Positions 9,026 to 19,112 of a stretch of DNA of 53,181 bases are shown here, one piece after another. Position 1 is the first letter of the stretch. Every line of letters begins with the position of its first letter. This stretch comes from a virus (lineage: Duplodnaviria; Caudoviricetes): positions 1 to 53,181 of the IMG/VR virus record IMGVR_UViG_3300022719_000025. One strand, written 5' to 3'. The position numbers and the translations under genes were made by a program. The notes beneath the pieces are model-generated. The model did no database searches. It was given only the letters and a program-made list of their open reading frames with translations, and had not been told where the DNA came from.

Positions 9026-9211
9026 ATGACCATGCCTAAGAAATTGATTAAAACCAACCTCACCGGAGAGGGTTTGAAATGTGTCAAGTGTGAATTATAT
9101 CATAATGGAAAATGTATGTCTTCGGGAGGCACTAGATTCTTCATAGTCGATGGAGAATTTCAATGCTTAGACTGTGCTTCCGAAAAGTACCCTCACCTAA
9201 GAGAGGAGTAA
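9026..9211 (+). CDS. Small zinc-finger protein
   Basis: CVKC...CLDC. Confidence 0.55.
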   Translation: MTMPKKLIKTNLTGEGLKCVKCELYHNGKCMSSGGTRFFIVDGEFQCLDCASEKYPHLREE

Positions 9212-9214
9212 ACT

Positions 9215-9715
9215 GTGGATCATCAAGTGATTAAGGCGAACGTATGGCCGTGGAAACACCAGTATGAGCATGGTGGCCCGGTGGATATTACAATAGGTAT
9301 CCGTTCCCAGCCTCGACTGCTTGCTGATTGGAAGCCCAAGAATCCGTTGCTCTGTCGTATTGAGCAGCCCGAACCTAACGAATCCAACCTGTCGCTGATC
9401 TACATATTGGCGAAGCCGAAGAATGCCCCATGGCCAGATGATGAAACTAAAAACCTTAAATGGTTCAACTGCCACCAGCATAGACGTAAACAGGGAGGAC
9501 TCCGGGTCCGAGTAAAGACTAGGGTAACCAACCAGCTTGCAGCACCACTACCTATTGGTAAGTACGAGGGTGTAGCACTGGAAGATCCCGATGGGAAGTG
9601 GGTACTACTGACGTTCCAAGCCGTTACCCTACGGACGGCTGCTAAGGAGGAACCAAAGAGCCCTATCATCCAGCCGGGAGACCCTGACTTTGAGTCCACT
9701 AGAATCCATACATAG
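9215..9715 (+). CDS. Hypothetical protein
   Basis: GAGGAG RBS before GTG start; fits operon packing. Confidence 0.6.
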   Translation: MDHQVIKANVWPWKHQYEHGGPVDITIGIRSQPRLLADWKPKNPLLCRIEQPEPNESNLSLIYILAKPKNAPWPDDETKNLKWFNCHQHRRKQGGLRVRVKTRVTNQLAAPLPIGKYEGVALEDPDGKWVLLTFQAVTLRTAAKEEPKSPIIQPGDPDFESTRIHT

Positions 9716-10886
9716 CATGTTCACAGAACTGATGGGATGGAAGGGGGAGCAACTGATGCCGGTCGATTTCGCGATGGCCAGCTATCTCTCCCCCTTCCTA
9801 TCAGGGGCTGTAGACAAGGCATGGGGCGATCTCTGTGGTGCCCCATCTTCGGGGAAGACTGAGATCCTCATGTCCCTCAAGGACGACGAAGGCCGATCAG
9901 TATTCCGGGACGACATGACAGAGAACGCATTTGGGTCTAGCTTCAGGGATGAGGACAACCCTAAGGATGTGAGTCTCGCCAAGGCACTGTCCAATGAGAC
10001 AGACCCAAAAGGACCTAAGGTTCTAATTATTAAGGATCTGACCTCGATCCTGAGCATGAGACCGGAGAAGGTGTTAAAGTTCTTCGGTGACATGAGAACA
10101 GCTTACGACGGGTCGTTCTGTCGTGCGGCTGGTAATATAGGAATAGACGACAAGGGTACAATGGGTTTTGGCCTTATCACTGCCTGTACGGAGAAGCTCG
10201 ATGATTACAAGAAGATTAACCAGGCACTGGGTGAACGTAACCTTGTTTGTAGAGTGGGAAGGCACCTCCAAAGCTATAAAACCCGTCGCACAATCCTTTC
10301 GAGTGCGAATGCCAGAACACGTCAATACAAGGAGGACCTTCGCAAGAGAATCAACACTACAACAGTGGAGACGATGCGTAAGGCTATGGAGGGTATTGCC
10401 ACAACAACAGTCACCCGTAGTGCCGAGATGGAGACTAGGCTACAACAACTTAGCGTCTTGGCTACCAGCATACGAACGTCTCCAGTTAGCAATAGAACCT
10501 ACGCCTCAACAGGAGAAGGACCTTTCCGCTTCCTCAATCAAATCTTGGCATGGGGAGATGCTCGCGTCGTGTTTGATGGGAGAACCGAATGGAACGAATC
10601 CGATTATAGTCTTGTTAGACGGATATGCCAGGACACTATGATGCCTGAAAACCTACGAGCCATCCAAGGAATCTGGAGAGGCGGGGTTCGGGAGTCACTG
10701 GCAGGTATGCCCAAGGGTGACATCATGTATTATAGTCGAGCGGGGGAGACGATGTGGCGTCAACTAAAGCAGTGGCATGTTATCGACGTATTAGTGGAAC
10801 ATCAGGATGGTGTATACGGACTGAACCCTGAAGTTGCCAAAGATATAGAGGCTACCGGATTTATGGAGGGTCTTGATGGCGTTTAA
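9690..10886 (+). CDS. P-loop AAA+ ATPase, MCM-like putative helicase
   Basis: GAPSSGKT Walker A, VLIIKD Walker B-like, LITACT sensor-like, GER Arg-finger-like, possible winged helix at C-terminus. Confidence 0.65.
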   Translation: MSPLESIHSMFTELMGWKGEQLMPVDFAMASYLSPFLSGAVDKAWGDLCGAPSSGKTEILMSLKDDEGRSVFRDDMTENAFGSSFRDEDNPKDVSLAKALSNETDPKGPKVLIIKDLTSILSMRPEKVLKFFGDMRTAYDGSFCRAAGNIGIDDKGTMGFGLITACTEKLDDYKKINQALGERNLVCRVGRHLQSYKTRRTILSSANARTRQYKEDLRKRINTTTVETMRKAMEGIATTTVTRSAEMETRLQQLSVLATSIRTSPVSNRTYASTGEGPFRFLNQILAWGDARVVFDGRTEWNESDYSLVRRICQDTMMPENLRAIQGIWRGGVRESLAGMPKGDIMYYSRAGETMWRQLKQWHVIDVLVEHQDGVYGLNPEVAKDIEATGFMEGLDGV

Positions 10887-11070
10887 CCCTAAACACCCCC
10901 CCTGTTCCATCTGTGGACGGGAGGTGGACGAATGTGTATGTGGACTGGCTCCCGATTTACCAGACGACATGGAGTTTATTGACCGAGAGTTCGAGGACGA
11001 CACCTACCTAGAGTGGGACCTATTTGAGGAGATCAACAATGAAAACGATCAAAGAGAAGATCATAGTTAA
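10873..11070 (+). CDS. Small Cys-rich acidic protein
   Basis: GGAGG RBS; CSIC...CVC. Confidence 0.5.
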   Translation: MMAFNPKHPPCSICGREVDECVCGLAPDLPDDMEFIDREFEDDTYLEWDLFEEINNENDQREDHS

Positions 11071-11290
11071 GAGGGACGTGGAGGACGATAAGACTGAAGG
11101 AGGGATCATCATCCCCGAGTCAGGAAAGCGTGACATGAACAGTGGTACAGTGTTGTCAGTCGGGGGTGATGTTGAGTGTGTCAAGGTAAATGATCGTATT
11201 GTTTTCAATATGTATGCCTCTACGTTAGTGACTGTAGAGGGGGAGGACGTTCTCGTTATTGACGTTGACGACATTCTGGTGATTCTATGA
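11039..11290 (+). CDS. groES: GroES-like co-chaperonin
   Basis: KTEGGIIIP mobile loop, GTVLSVG, VKVNDRIVF, DIL; GAGGAG RBS. Confidence 0.92.
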   Translation: MKTIKEKIIVKRDVEDDKTEGGIIIPESGKRDMNSGTVLSVGGDVECVKVNDRIVFNMYASTLVTVEGEDVLVIDVDDILVIL

Positions 11291-11982
11291 AAAAGTACTC
11301 TTTTAAAATTAATACAGCGTCGGGTAGGATGGTCGATCTGTCTGCCCCTTTCCCAGAAACCATCAGCCTATATGACATCAGTCGAGCCCTAGCAAAGCTC
11401 TGTCGATTTACCGGGCATACCGAAGTGTTCTACAGTGTGGCCCAGCACTGTCTGTTCTGTGCCCATCAGGCTAAGCTAATGGGTTATGGTGTGGACGTTC
11501 AGTTGTGGGCTCTGCTCCATGATGCTCATGAGGCTTACTGTAATGATCTCAACAGTCCCTTAAAGAATCTCCTTGGAACTATAGAGAGTGGTGGGATTGG
11601 TAGTTCAGCTTATAGAGAGATAGAGAGGGGCTTACAGTGTGCAATCATCCGTTCCCTTAAGTTGGACGCTAAAAAGTTTCCATCAGAGGAGGCCGATAAA
11701 GCAGTACATGAAATTGATATGGCAGCCTTAACGTGGGAAGCCCGGTTCGCAGTGGGACTAACTCAGTCCAGTCTAAAGGAGCGGGGATTTTACCCAGAAC
11801 TCCTTCAAAAACTCCACGGGATTGACACCACTCCGTGGGGGTTTCAGAGGGATCACGGGGACCGTCCGTGGAGAGAGATTGCTATCTTGTATAAGGATAA
11901 GGCTACTCAACTTGTCCTTGAACTTAGAAAGGGGGTTGGTTCTGGTTTATTCCTTGCTGACGCCCTATCGTCTGAGGGTTGA
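11287..11982 (+). CDS. HD-domain 5'-deoxynucleotidase/phosphohydrolase (YfbR/YfdR-like)
   Basis: CRFTGH, YSVAQH, LLHDAHEAY, DLNSPLK. Confidence 0.88.
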   Translation: MKKYSFKINTASGRMVDLSAPFPETISLYDISRALAKLCRFTGHTEVFYSVAQHCLFCAHQAKLMGYGVDVQLWALLHDAHEAYCNDLNSPLKNLLGTIESGGIGSSAYREIERGLQCAIIRSLKLDAKKFPSEEADKAVHEIDMAALTWEARFAVGLTQSSLKERGFYPELLQKLHGIDTTPWGFQRDHGDRPWREIAILYKDKATQLVLELRKGVGSGLFLADALSSEG

Positions 11983-14900
11983 TCTGGTCCAAGCCTCCGG
12001 GGGCAAGGTCGGTTTGTGCGGAGAATCCAGCCCTACCGACAGCCCCCGAGACGGCATTGGCCCGGCTGGCCTCTCGGTCTTGCTTAGGTGCTCCCAGTAG
12101 TGCGGGGTCAACACCCAACAACGACTGGCCACTCGTGCCGAGCTCAAGATTTATCAACTCAATCATCTGATCCCTCGCCTCTCCAGGGGGTAGGGTGCGG
12201 ACCACCTGTTCCAGTCGGGTGACTGTTCGTCGGGTCTGCATAGCTTTAACGTCCTGCTCTGATACGGGTAGGTCGAATCCAAATCGTTGCTTGAATCCGG
12301 CGGCGACACTATTAGCCTCGGTAGGATTGTTCCGGAATCGGGCATCCATATACTGAACACGACTTTCGCGAATCTGGTCACGCTGGCTAATAAGTAGTTG
12401 CAACAGTTCTTGCTCTTTCTGTAGGTCTCCACCCTTAACACCCAACCCATACCTCACCAGTTCCCACGGGGTATAGTAACCCTTGAGTTTGCCCTGTCCT
12501 GTGTAGACAGCTATGCGTCCGTCAGGTGCGGGCTGTGTGTAGTCGGCGTGGGTACGTTCAAAAAACTGGGCAGCCTTCTGCCCAATTTGGGAACCCGGCA
12601 CGCCCGGAGGAAGCAAGCCCATGACCTTGAAACCTTCGACACCTCCTGGGAACATAAGAGGGGACGACCTCAACAGTTCGCTGAAGTCTCCGCTGGCCAA
12701 CCCCGCTGCACCAGCACCTAGGATCTGGAAAGCCGGAGGGATGATAGGGAGGGGTGCCCCAACCTTACCGAGAGGAGTGAAGGTTGGGAGTGCTCCCCCG
12801 AGCAAGGCGTCTCCCCCGCCGACCCCACTGAACTCCAATAACTCCTTGGCAATTACGCTACCAGCAATCATTCGTGCGAACGTACCGGGATTGTAGCCGA
12901 GGATGTTCCTAGGTTTGCCGGTTCTTGGGTCAATCTCTCCCGAACCCAGAGTGAATGCAGTGGAGGTCGCGAACTCCAGCATACGCAGGGGAAACTGGGC
13001 AAGCTGTCGAACCAGGGGGCCCTTATCTAGCAAGAAGAAGGGAGTGTTCTGCGGGCCGGTGAGGAACTGAGTTTGCTCAACTAGCTTCTTACTGAATCGG
13101 ATGGCTGCGTCGCCCACCAACCCACTGCGGTTGGCGTGCATCATGCCAGCCTCAAAGGTTGCCAGCCTCACGGTCGTCTCGGACGCCGTGAACATGCTCA
13201 TCATTGCACGCTGTATCTTGTCTGAGGTTTTGGCGAGCTTACCAGTTGGGAGAGCGGCAATTTCGTAGGCATTTTGCAAAGCGTTTTGGACCACTTCATC
13301 CGTGATAGGCGCGGCCACAAGACCCGCCTCAGCAAAATCTGGATAAGCCGAACGGAGGGCCGCATCGTGGCCGAGTTTTCGGGGCCCCATACGGAGAGCG
13401 AAATACTTGTGTGACTTTCTGAATGCACGTTCCAATCCTCCTACTGTAGACCCCAACCCCACCGTTGGTCCGGTGGTGAGGACAAGCTGTAGTGTGTTCT
13501 TCAGGGCAGACCCCGGATTCAATCCGAGGGTGGACAGGTAGAAGTACCCGGCTGCCTTACGTTGTAGGTTCATCAGGCTGAAGGCACCCTTCGATGCACT
13601 CATGCCATCGGCCAGCCTCTTAGTGAGGGCAGGCCCGAGAATCTTCTTGATAGCAGGGCTGTCGACCTTAGCCGCCAACTGCTGCATGGAGTGTTCCCAC
13701 ATCTGAGCCTTGAGGGACGAGCGGAAGGTGCCGCGACCCATGGCGATGGGGATATAGGTGTTCTCAAGCATCTCGGCACGGGCTCGGGCAGCGGGGTTAG
13801 TCCGGCCCAGGACCTTGAGTTCGTCTAGGATGCCGGTCATCTTCTCACCACCGCCCTTAACTGTCCACCCGAAAGTCCCACTTAAAGTGTGACTGTAGGA
13901 GGACAGAACCGGGAGGAGCTTTAGGGAGTATCGTTTGTTGGTGCCCCCCGCCAGAGTTTCAGCCACCTTAGCTGCATCCTTAGGCTGTAAAGCCTCACTG
14001 TATCGACTGGTTAAATCCTCAAGACTTAGTTTAGATAGCCGTCTCATTCCTGTCGTAGAGACATTGGCATTTTCGGCCTCCCTGAGGATTCGGGCCTTAG
14101 TGATGGCGTCGAGCTTCGCCTTCTGGGTTGGGTCCACAAGGTCACTGACTACGGCAAGGTCTTCCTCGTCCGGCAGCATCTGGAACCGTCGCTTGTAGAC
14201 CTCGGGAGTGGCCCACCTCTCAGCTTTGAACTTACTGTTCTTAGCGAAACGTCGACTGCCCCCTTTGGTTAACAGGCTGATGAGCTTGCGGAAGTCCTCC
14301 TCGGACTGGAGGATTCTCCGAGGGAAGTAGTCCGCGATTTTCTGTGGGTCCTTGATCCACGCTTCCATAGCGTCAGTGATCTCGTCTCCGAACCCTGCAT
14401 TACGCTGGTTACGTAGGGCCTTTAGGATTTTCTTCCGCCCCTTCAGGCTCCCGAATACCTCGGTGAACTGATCGTTGAGAGTTCCCCGGATGTCCTTGGC
14501 CAGGGTCAACAAGGGAGCTCCCATCTTCTTCTCAAGGTCCGGCATCAGGACGCCCACTCCGGGTAGGGAAGCCTGTGACCCACCCTTCCCGATTCTTACG
14601 AGGCCGTTCTTCCCTTCGTAGCCACGGACACCTTTGTGGAGTCCGTCCAGCCACGAGCTAACCATGATCTGTTCACGCTTCCCCGGAAGCTTGCCTGTGA
14701 CTTGTCGGTACTTCTCTAGGGCTACGCCGTAGGCCGCGTTGTGACGACTGCGGAAATCGTTTACGTCAAAGATGATCTTACCGAGGATGTCCGGTACCTT
14801 GGTTCCACGGAACAGGCCCTGCATGGAACCTAACTTACCTAGTATGGGGAAGCGGCTGGTCAGAGACCCCACCTTCCGGGACAACTTAAAGAGACCCTCG

Positions 14901-15172
14901 GCTGACGGCACGGGAAACTTGTGGCTGAGGGCTAAACTGGCAATCAGTAGGGGGTTGGTGAGTGTCCGGAAGACACCCGCGTAGGGTCCGGACGCCAGTC
15001 CCCACTTCTGGAGAAGCTCGTCCCTCTCCTTTGGAGTGAGTTCGGCGGGCTGGAACATCCCTCTGAAAGCACCGGGAAGGTCTCCCAGTGCAAGCTGTTG
15101 TGCTGCCTGTCCGGGCCTGTCCAGAGGGGACACACTCCGTGGCAGTTCGGTTACTTCATTCTGGTTAGCCAC
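11924..15172 (-). CDS. Large internal virion (DNA ejection) protein
   Basis: 1082 aa, helical, last gene of the virion module as in podoviruses; hydrophobic Gly-rich C-terminal region. Confidence 0.6.
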   Translation of the reverse strand: MANQNEVTELPRSVSPLDRPGQAAQQLALGDLPGAFRGMFQPAELTPKERDELLQKWGLASGPYAGVFRTLTNPLLIASLALSHKFPVPSAEGLFKLSRKVGSLTSRFPILGKLGSMQGLFRGTKVPDILGKIIFDVNDFRSRHNAAYGVALEKYRQVTGKLPGKREQIMVSSWLDGLHKGVRGYEGKNGLVRIGKGGSQASLPGVGVLMPDLEKKMGAPLLTLAKDIRGTLNDQFTEVFGSLKGRKKILKALRNQRNAGFGDEITDAMEAWIKDPQKIADYFPRRILQSEEDFRKLISLLTKGGSRRFAKNSKFKAERWATPEVYKRRFQMLPDEEDLAVVSDLVDPTQKAKLDAITKARILREAENANVSTTGMRRLSKLSLEDLTSRYSEALQPKDAAKVAETLAGGTNKRYSLKLLPVLSSYSHTLSGTFGWTVKGGGEKMTGILDELKVLGRTNPAARARAEMLENTYIPIAMGRGTFRSSLKAQMWEHSMQQLAAKVDSPAIKKILGPALTKRLADGMSASKGAFSLMNLQRKAAGYFYLSTLGLNPGSALKNTLQLVLTTGPTVGLGSTVGGLERAFRKSHKYFALRMGPRKLGHDAALRSAYPDFAEAGLVAAPITDEVVQNALQNAYEIAALPTGKLAKTSDKIQRAMMSMFTASETTVRLATFEAGMMHANRSGLVGDAAIRFSKKLVEQTQFLTGPQNTPFFLLDKGPLVRQLAQFPLRMLEFATSTAFTLGSGEIDPRTGKPRNILGYNPGTFARMIAGSVIAKELLEFSGVGGGDALLGGALPTFTPLGKVGAPLPIIPPAFQILGAGAAGLASGDFSELLRSSPLMFPGGVEGFKVMGLLPPGVPGSQIGQKAAQFFERTHADYTQPAPDGRIAVYTGQGKLKGYYTPWELVRYGLGVKGGDLQKEQELLQLLISQRDQIRESRVQYMDARFRNNPTEANSVAAGFKQRFGFDLPVSEQDVKAMQTRRTVTRLEQVVRTLPPGEARDQMIELINLELGTSGQSLLGVDPALLGAPKQDREASRANAVSGAVGRAGFSAQTDLAPGGLDQINPQTIGRQQGINQNQPPF

Positions 15173-16394
15173 CTAGGTTCCCCATCTGACCCATAAGTTG
15201 GTCCAGTAGAAACTGTACTTGCTTGGCCGATTTCCGGCCTTCAAAGTTCTCACCTACTGGGCTGCCGATGCGTCGTTCCGAGGTGGTCAGGCTGGACGGT
15301 CGATCTGTCGCACCGCTGAGAACCCCGATAACCTGCTGGAACATCTCTGGCTCGAAGGCTTGCATTGTCATTCGTCGTCGGCTGATAGCCTCCTGCTTCT
15401 CCACGGTTGACTTCAGGAATTCCATGCTGCTGGCCGGTCCAAGCTGTGCGAAGCCTTGGCGACCCATAGCCTGGGCCCGCTCTCCTCTCCCGGTTGCTTG
15501 GAGAGCACGAGGAATACTCGTAGCTCCTAGGATGGCCGCACTGATTCCTAGGCCCAGTGGAGATTTACCGCCCACTTTGGCCAACGCCCGCATGAGACCT
15601 CCCTTGCCGCCAACACCCGCCAAGCCAGCCTTCCCGAGGCTGGACGCAGCCGCTCTACCCACCTTAGGAAGTGCTCCTCCCTCCGCCTTTTTAACAACGT
15701 CGGTGATAGCACCACCGATAACCGGACTGGGCTTCGCTTTCGAGACGTACCTCTTGTATAGCTGTGTGAGGGCGGGGTCAGCCCCCCTACGCTCAATAGC
15801 TGCGACAGTGGTATTCGCACCCAAGCGGCCCACGGTTTCAGGTCCGAGTTCCGCGATCTCTTGGATGGCCCGCTTAGCAAGTGGATCATCTCCTGCAACC
15901 TCCTTCATAAGTTTCAGTACCTCATCGAACTGCGAGGCAATCTCTTTCTTTCCGATTCCTTTGGTGGCTGCACGAGCTAATCCAAGGGTCTCCCGAATTA
16001 CTTTGGTATTTTCTCGTCCGGCTAGCTTAGTGATGGACGTTGCTATTTTGCTGTCACGTAGGAAGTCTACGCCCTTCTTCTCGATGGCTTCTATGGCTTC
16101 AAGAGGAACGCCTTTATCTCGAAGTTCAGCCAACAGAAGGTTAAATGCTTCCTGTGCCTTACGAGGATTGGACGTACCTACGCCAATCTGTCCAAACCTA
16201 AGGAGGCGGGTCAGCTTACTATCTGAACCCTCCTCCACTACCTCGCTGACAATCTTCTTTCCCTTCCTACCTTTACCCTTTCTTTTGGAGCTTTTATTCC
16301 TTTTCTTTGATACTCCAACTTCCTCCGGAGCTACTGTACTCTTTCGGGGGGTTGGGGTAAACGGCCCCGGTAACTGTTGTCGTCTCTTTGCCAT
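15165..16394 (-). CDS. Putative internal virion protein, basic N-terminus
   Basis: 409 aa, K/A/G-rich with hydrophobic segment; in ejection cluster. Confidence 0.5.
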   Translation of the reverse strand: MAKRRQQLPGPFTPTPRKSTVAPEEVGVSKKRNKSSKRKGKGRKGKKIVSEVVEEGSDSKLTRLLRFGQIGVGTSNPRKAQEAFNLLLAELRDKGVPLEAIEAIEKKGVDFLRDSKIATSITKLAGRENTKVIRETLGLARAATKGIGKKEIASQFDEVLKLMKEVAGDDPLAKRAIQEIAELGPETVGRLGANTTVAAIERRGADPALTQLYKRYVSKAKPSPVIGGAITDVVKKAEGGALPKVGRAAASSLGKAGLAGVGGKGGLMRALAKVGGKSPLGLGISAAILGATSIPRALQATGRGERAQAMGRQGFAQLGPASSMEFLKSTVEKQEAISRRRMTMQAFEPEMFQQVIGVLSGATDRPSSLTTSERRIGSPVGENFEGRKSAKQVQFLLDQLMGQMGNLGG

Positions 16395-16834
16395 TACTGT
16401 ATACCTGCCCGTCGTTTAAGTCCTGTCATGTCTCCCATTCGTCCAGGGTGGCTGGCCTTAGAGAGTGTCTGGGGGGAGACGCCCATTTTTGAGGCGACCA
16501 TCTCCAGCAATTCTGTCTGACTAGCCTGAACTTCCTGGCCCCGACGTAACTGTTGCCCGACTTCCCGAGGGCTGCTGACGAGGGCCGCTGAACTTAGGGC
16601 CTGCTGTGGAATCCGGTTGAACTCGGCAAACTGTGACTGGATGCGTTCCTCACCCAGTTGCTCAGCCGCCAAACTGGTTCGGGCACGTAGTTGATTCTCC
16701 GTGGCAATTTTTTCTAGGAGGGCTGCGGTGTCCGCTTCCGGGTCACCCGCTCGGGCTTCCATGTAGGACAGCATACCCTCCAAAGCCATGTACCCAGCAA
16801 ATGTTGCTGCGATGCTTGCGAGAGGTAGTGCCAT
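16394..16834 (-). CDS. Putative small internal virion protein
   Basis: Hydrophobic N-terminus, A/Q-rich helices; TAATG coupling. Confidence 0.5.
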   Translation of the reverse strand: MALPLASIAATFAGYMALEGMLSYMEARAGDPEADTAALLEKIATENQLRARTSLAAEQLGEERIQSQFAEFNRIPQQALSSAALVSSPREVGQQLRRGQEVQASQTELLEMVASKMGVSPQTLSKASHPGRMGDMTGLKRRAGIQ

Positions 16835-16837
16835 TAG

Positions 16838-19111
16838 TTAATTACCTTCCCTTCCTTCAGGGAGGATACCCTCTCCTGATACGTTTGGTTGCTGACCCCT
16901 ACGCCTCGAAGCATCCTCTACACCGGTAGCTACGAGGCTGCCAGCGAGGAAGTCTAGGTTCTTCTCTCCGTATAGGAACTTAGCTAGTTCCTCTGTGAGA
17001 TCGAGGGCCGTCTCTGCTGCCCCGGCTGTCTCGGCGGGTAACTTTTCGACCCCTCTGCCGATGTCTCCGGCAGCCCTACCTATAACCCCACCCTCAGTCT
17101 TTTCTTTTTCGCGAGTCTTCTGAAGCTCTGCCTCCTTCTCAGCCTGCTTTCTTTTGGCTACTTGTTTTTGTAGTTCGTGGTGTACGTATCTACCCATTCG
17201 GTCGGTCATAGTCCCGTTGCCTATCCCTCGTTTCCGGCCTTCCTTATATCCTGGGAAGTTAGGGCTAATTAGGTTTTTCTCGTTAGCACCCCCTACGACC
17301 ATATTGGCGATTGAGTTTAGGGCGTTGGGACCAATGTGCTCTCCTGTGGCAATCATAGCGTCCATCAAGTTCACTGACTGACGTAGTTCTGGGGTCTGTT
17401 GTATCTGGCTCAATTGTTCGGTGCTCAGCCCTTCAGCGGACTCTACCGCACTATTCAACAAGGCTTCCATAGCCTCGGCATCCTGCTGGTCAGTCATAAA
17501 CTTGTGCATAGTTAGGATGTCTCCCAACCGGAGGTTCTTGCCCAGTTGCTTCTTGTATTCAACTAAGGCTGAAGATCTACGGAACCCTTCGGACATACGC
17601 TCGGCGAATCCCTTGGCTGCCACCAGACGCCGTTGCATGGCCTGCGAGGCTAGCACGATGCCTGTACCACCTTCCTTGAGATCCAAGGAGTCGGATAGAC
17701 CTAGGGACCGGAGAGCATTCTCCTCTCCGACCTGAGCCACAAGCTGGTCAACCATGTCGGTTGCCATGCCTTGGGGAGTCTTACCATCCGGACCGGCGGA
17801 TACTTTGGTGTTGATGCCGTCGTCAATGAACTGTGCGATGTTGAAGGTAGCGGACTCCAAGGCCATAGCCACGTAGAAATCTTGAGCGGTCTCCAGCTTC
17901 TTCTTCCCGTCGAAGATATCGAGGGCCAACTGAGCCACTTCTGCGCCATTCTTAGGAAAGATATTCTGAATCGTCATGGCTACGAGGTTTCGAGGCACGT
18001 CCTGAAAAACCCTCGGATCCTGACCTGCCACCATAGTGAATTGTCTTAAACCCCTGTCTACCGCATCTGGAGCAGAGCTAAGCATAACCTTATTGGTGTC
18101 CTTATAGATTCCCGTCATTTGACCTAACTTATCGTTAGCCTCAACCACTGTACGATTCATCATATCCAGAGTCTGTCTCCGGGTACGGTCATCAGTCATC
18201 TGAGTTAACATAGAATCGTAGAACAGAACCTCCCGAAAAGTGTCTACGTCCATGAAAGGGACTTCGGTTTCAGTGTTCCCCTCGTCATCGTAGACATTCT
18301 CCCCAAAGAATACTCCCTGAGGAGGATAACCATTGGTCAGCTTATGCTCAAACAACTGTTCTGAAGACATATTTGGAGTGGGGCGTCCCGGCCTTTTGAG
18401 TTCAGGGTTAGGAACTAGAAAAGGGTCTACCTGTAGGTGAGATAGATCGTTCGCCGGAAGGCCCCGAATGATATCGTTGGTTGTCTTGTTGAGAGCACCC
18501 ATAGCTTGGGCTATGTTGTCATCACTAAAGTGGTTATCAGCCATAGCCTCGGCATGATTCAGGCTGTTGCGGATTTTCAGGTAGCGGTCGATGCCGTCGT
18601 CAAACTGGTCGAAGTAGCCAGCCTCCTGCAACTGTTGCAACTGCTCTCGGCCCTGACTGATAGAAGCCTCTGCCTCCAGGCGGTCGGACTCGAACTTATC
18701 TAGGTATCGGTTGGTAGCCTCACGCTGGGACTTAATTTGCTGGGATACACGGGTAGCCTCACGCTGCATCTCTTGTGCAAGCTCGTGATTCAGCTTCATC
18801 GTATCCTCTTGGAACTGACGATCAACTGCCCGTTCTTCCCTAGCGTTCTCCTGCTGCTGGATACGCTGCTGACCTGCCGCAAACTGGTTGAGGGTTTCCG
18901 TCAATCCTGCCACTGCCGACTGACGCTCAGCCGCCGCATTCTGCTGGGACTGCATGGCCAACTTCTGGAGGGCTGCGATGGACTCCTGGGTTTGCTGAGC
19001 CATCTGTTGGGCGATGCTTTGTATCAGTGCGTTACCGGCATTTCCTCCACCCCCCTGTGGACCGGCATCGAGGGACACTTGACTAAGTTGTTGCCTTTGC
19101 TGAGGGGGCAT
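16838..19111 (-). CDS. Putative internal virion (ejection) protein
   Basis: 757 aa, Q/A-rich coiled N-terminus. Confidence 0.55.
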   Translation of the reverse strand: MPPQQRQQLSQVSLDAGPQGGGGNAGNALIQSIAQQMAQQTQESIAALQKLAMQSQQNAAAERQSAVAGLTETLNQFAAGQQRIQQQENAREERAVDRQFQEDTMKLNHELAQEMQREATRVSQQIKSQREATNRYLDKFESDRLEAEASISQGREQLQQLQEAGYFDQFDDGIDRYLKIRNSLNHAEAMADNHFSDDNIAQAMGALNKTTNDIIRGLPANDLSHLQVDPFLVPNPELKRPGRPTPNMSSEQLFEHKLTNGYPPQGVFFGENVYDDEGNTETEVPFMDVDTFREVLFYDSMLTQMTDDRTRRQTLDMMNRTVVEANDKLGQMTGIYKDTNKVMLSSAPDAVDRGLRQFTMVAGQDPRVFQDVPRNLVAMTIQNIFPKNGAEVAQLALDIFDGKKKLETAQDFYVAMALESATFNIAQFIDDGINTKVSAGPDGKTPQGMATDMVDQLVAQVGEENALRSLGLSDSLDLKEGGTGIVLASQAMQRRLVAAKGFAERMSEGFRRSSALVEYKKQLGKNLRLGDILTMHKFMTDQQDAEAMEALLNSAVESAEGLSTEQLSQIQQTPELRQSVNLMDAMIATGEHIGPNALNSIANMVVGGANEKNLISPNFPGYKEGRKRGIGNGTMTDRMGRYVHHELQKQVAKRKQAEKEAELQKTREKEKTEGGVIGRAAGDIGRGVEKLPAETAGAAETALDLTEELAKFLYGEKNLDFLAGSLVATGVEDASRRRGQQPNVSGEGILPEGREGN

Positions 19112-19112
19112 A

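Noticed and set aside
1232-11982. Diaminopurine (Z) genome pathway
   Set aside because: No PurZ/adenylosuccinate-synthetase-like ORF recognised; hydrolases alone are insufficient
15223-16419. 398-aa + strand ORF (also 25075..25719, 30285..31031, 35663..36427, 49701..50396)
   Set aside because: Antisense shadows of well-supported - strand genes; no motifs recognised
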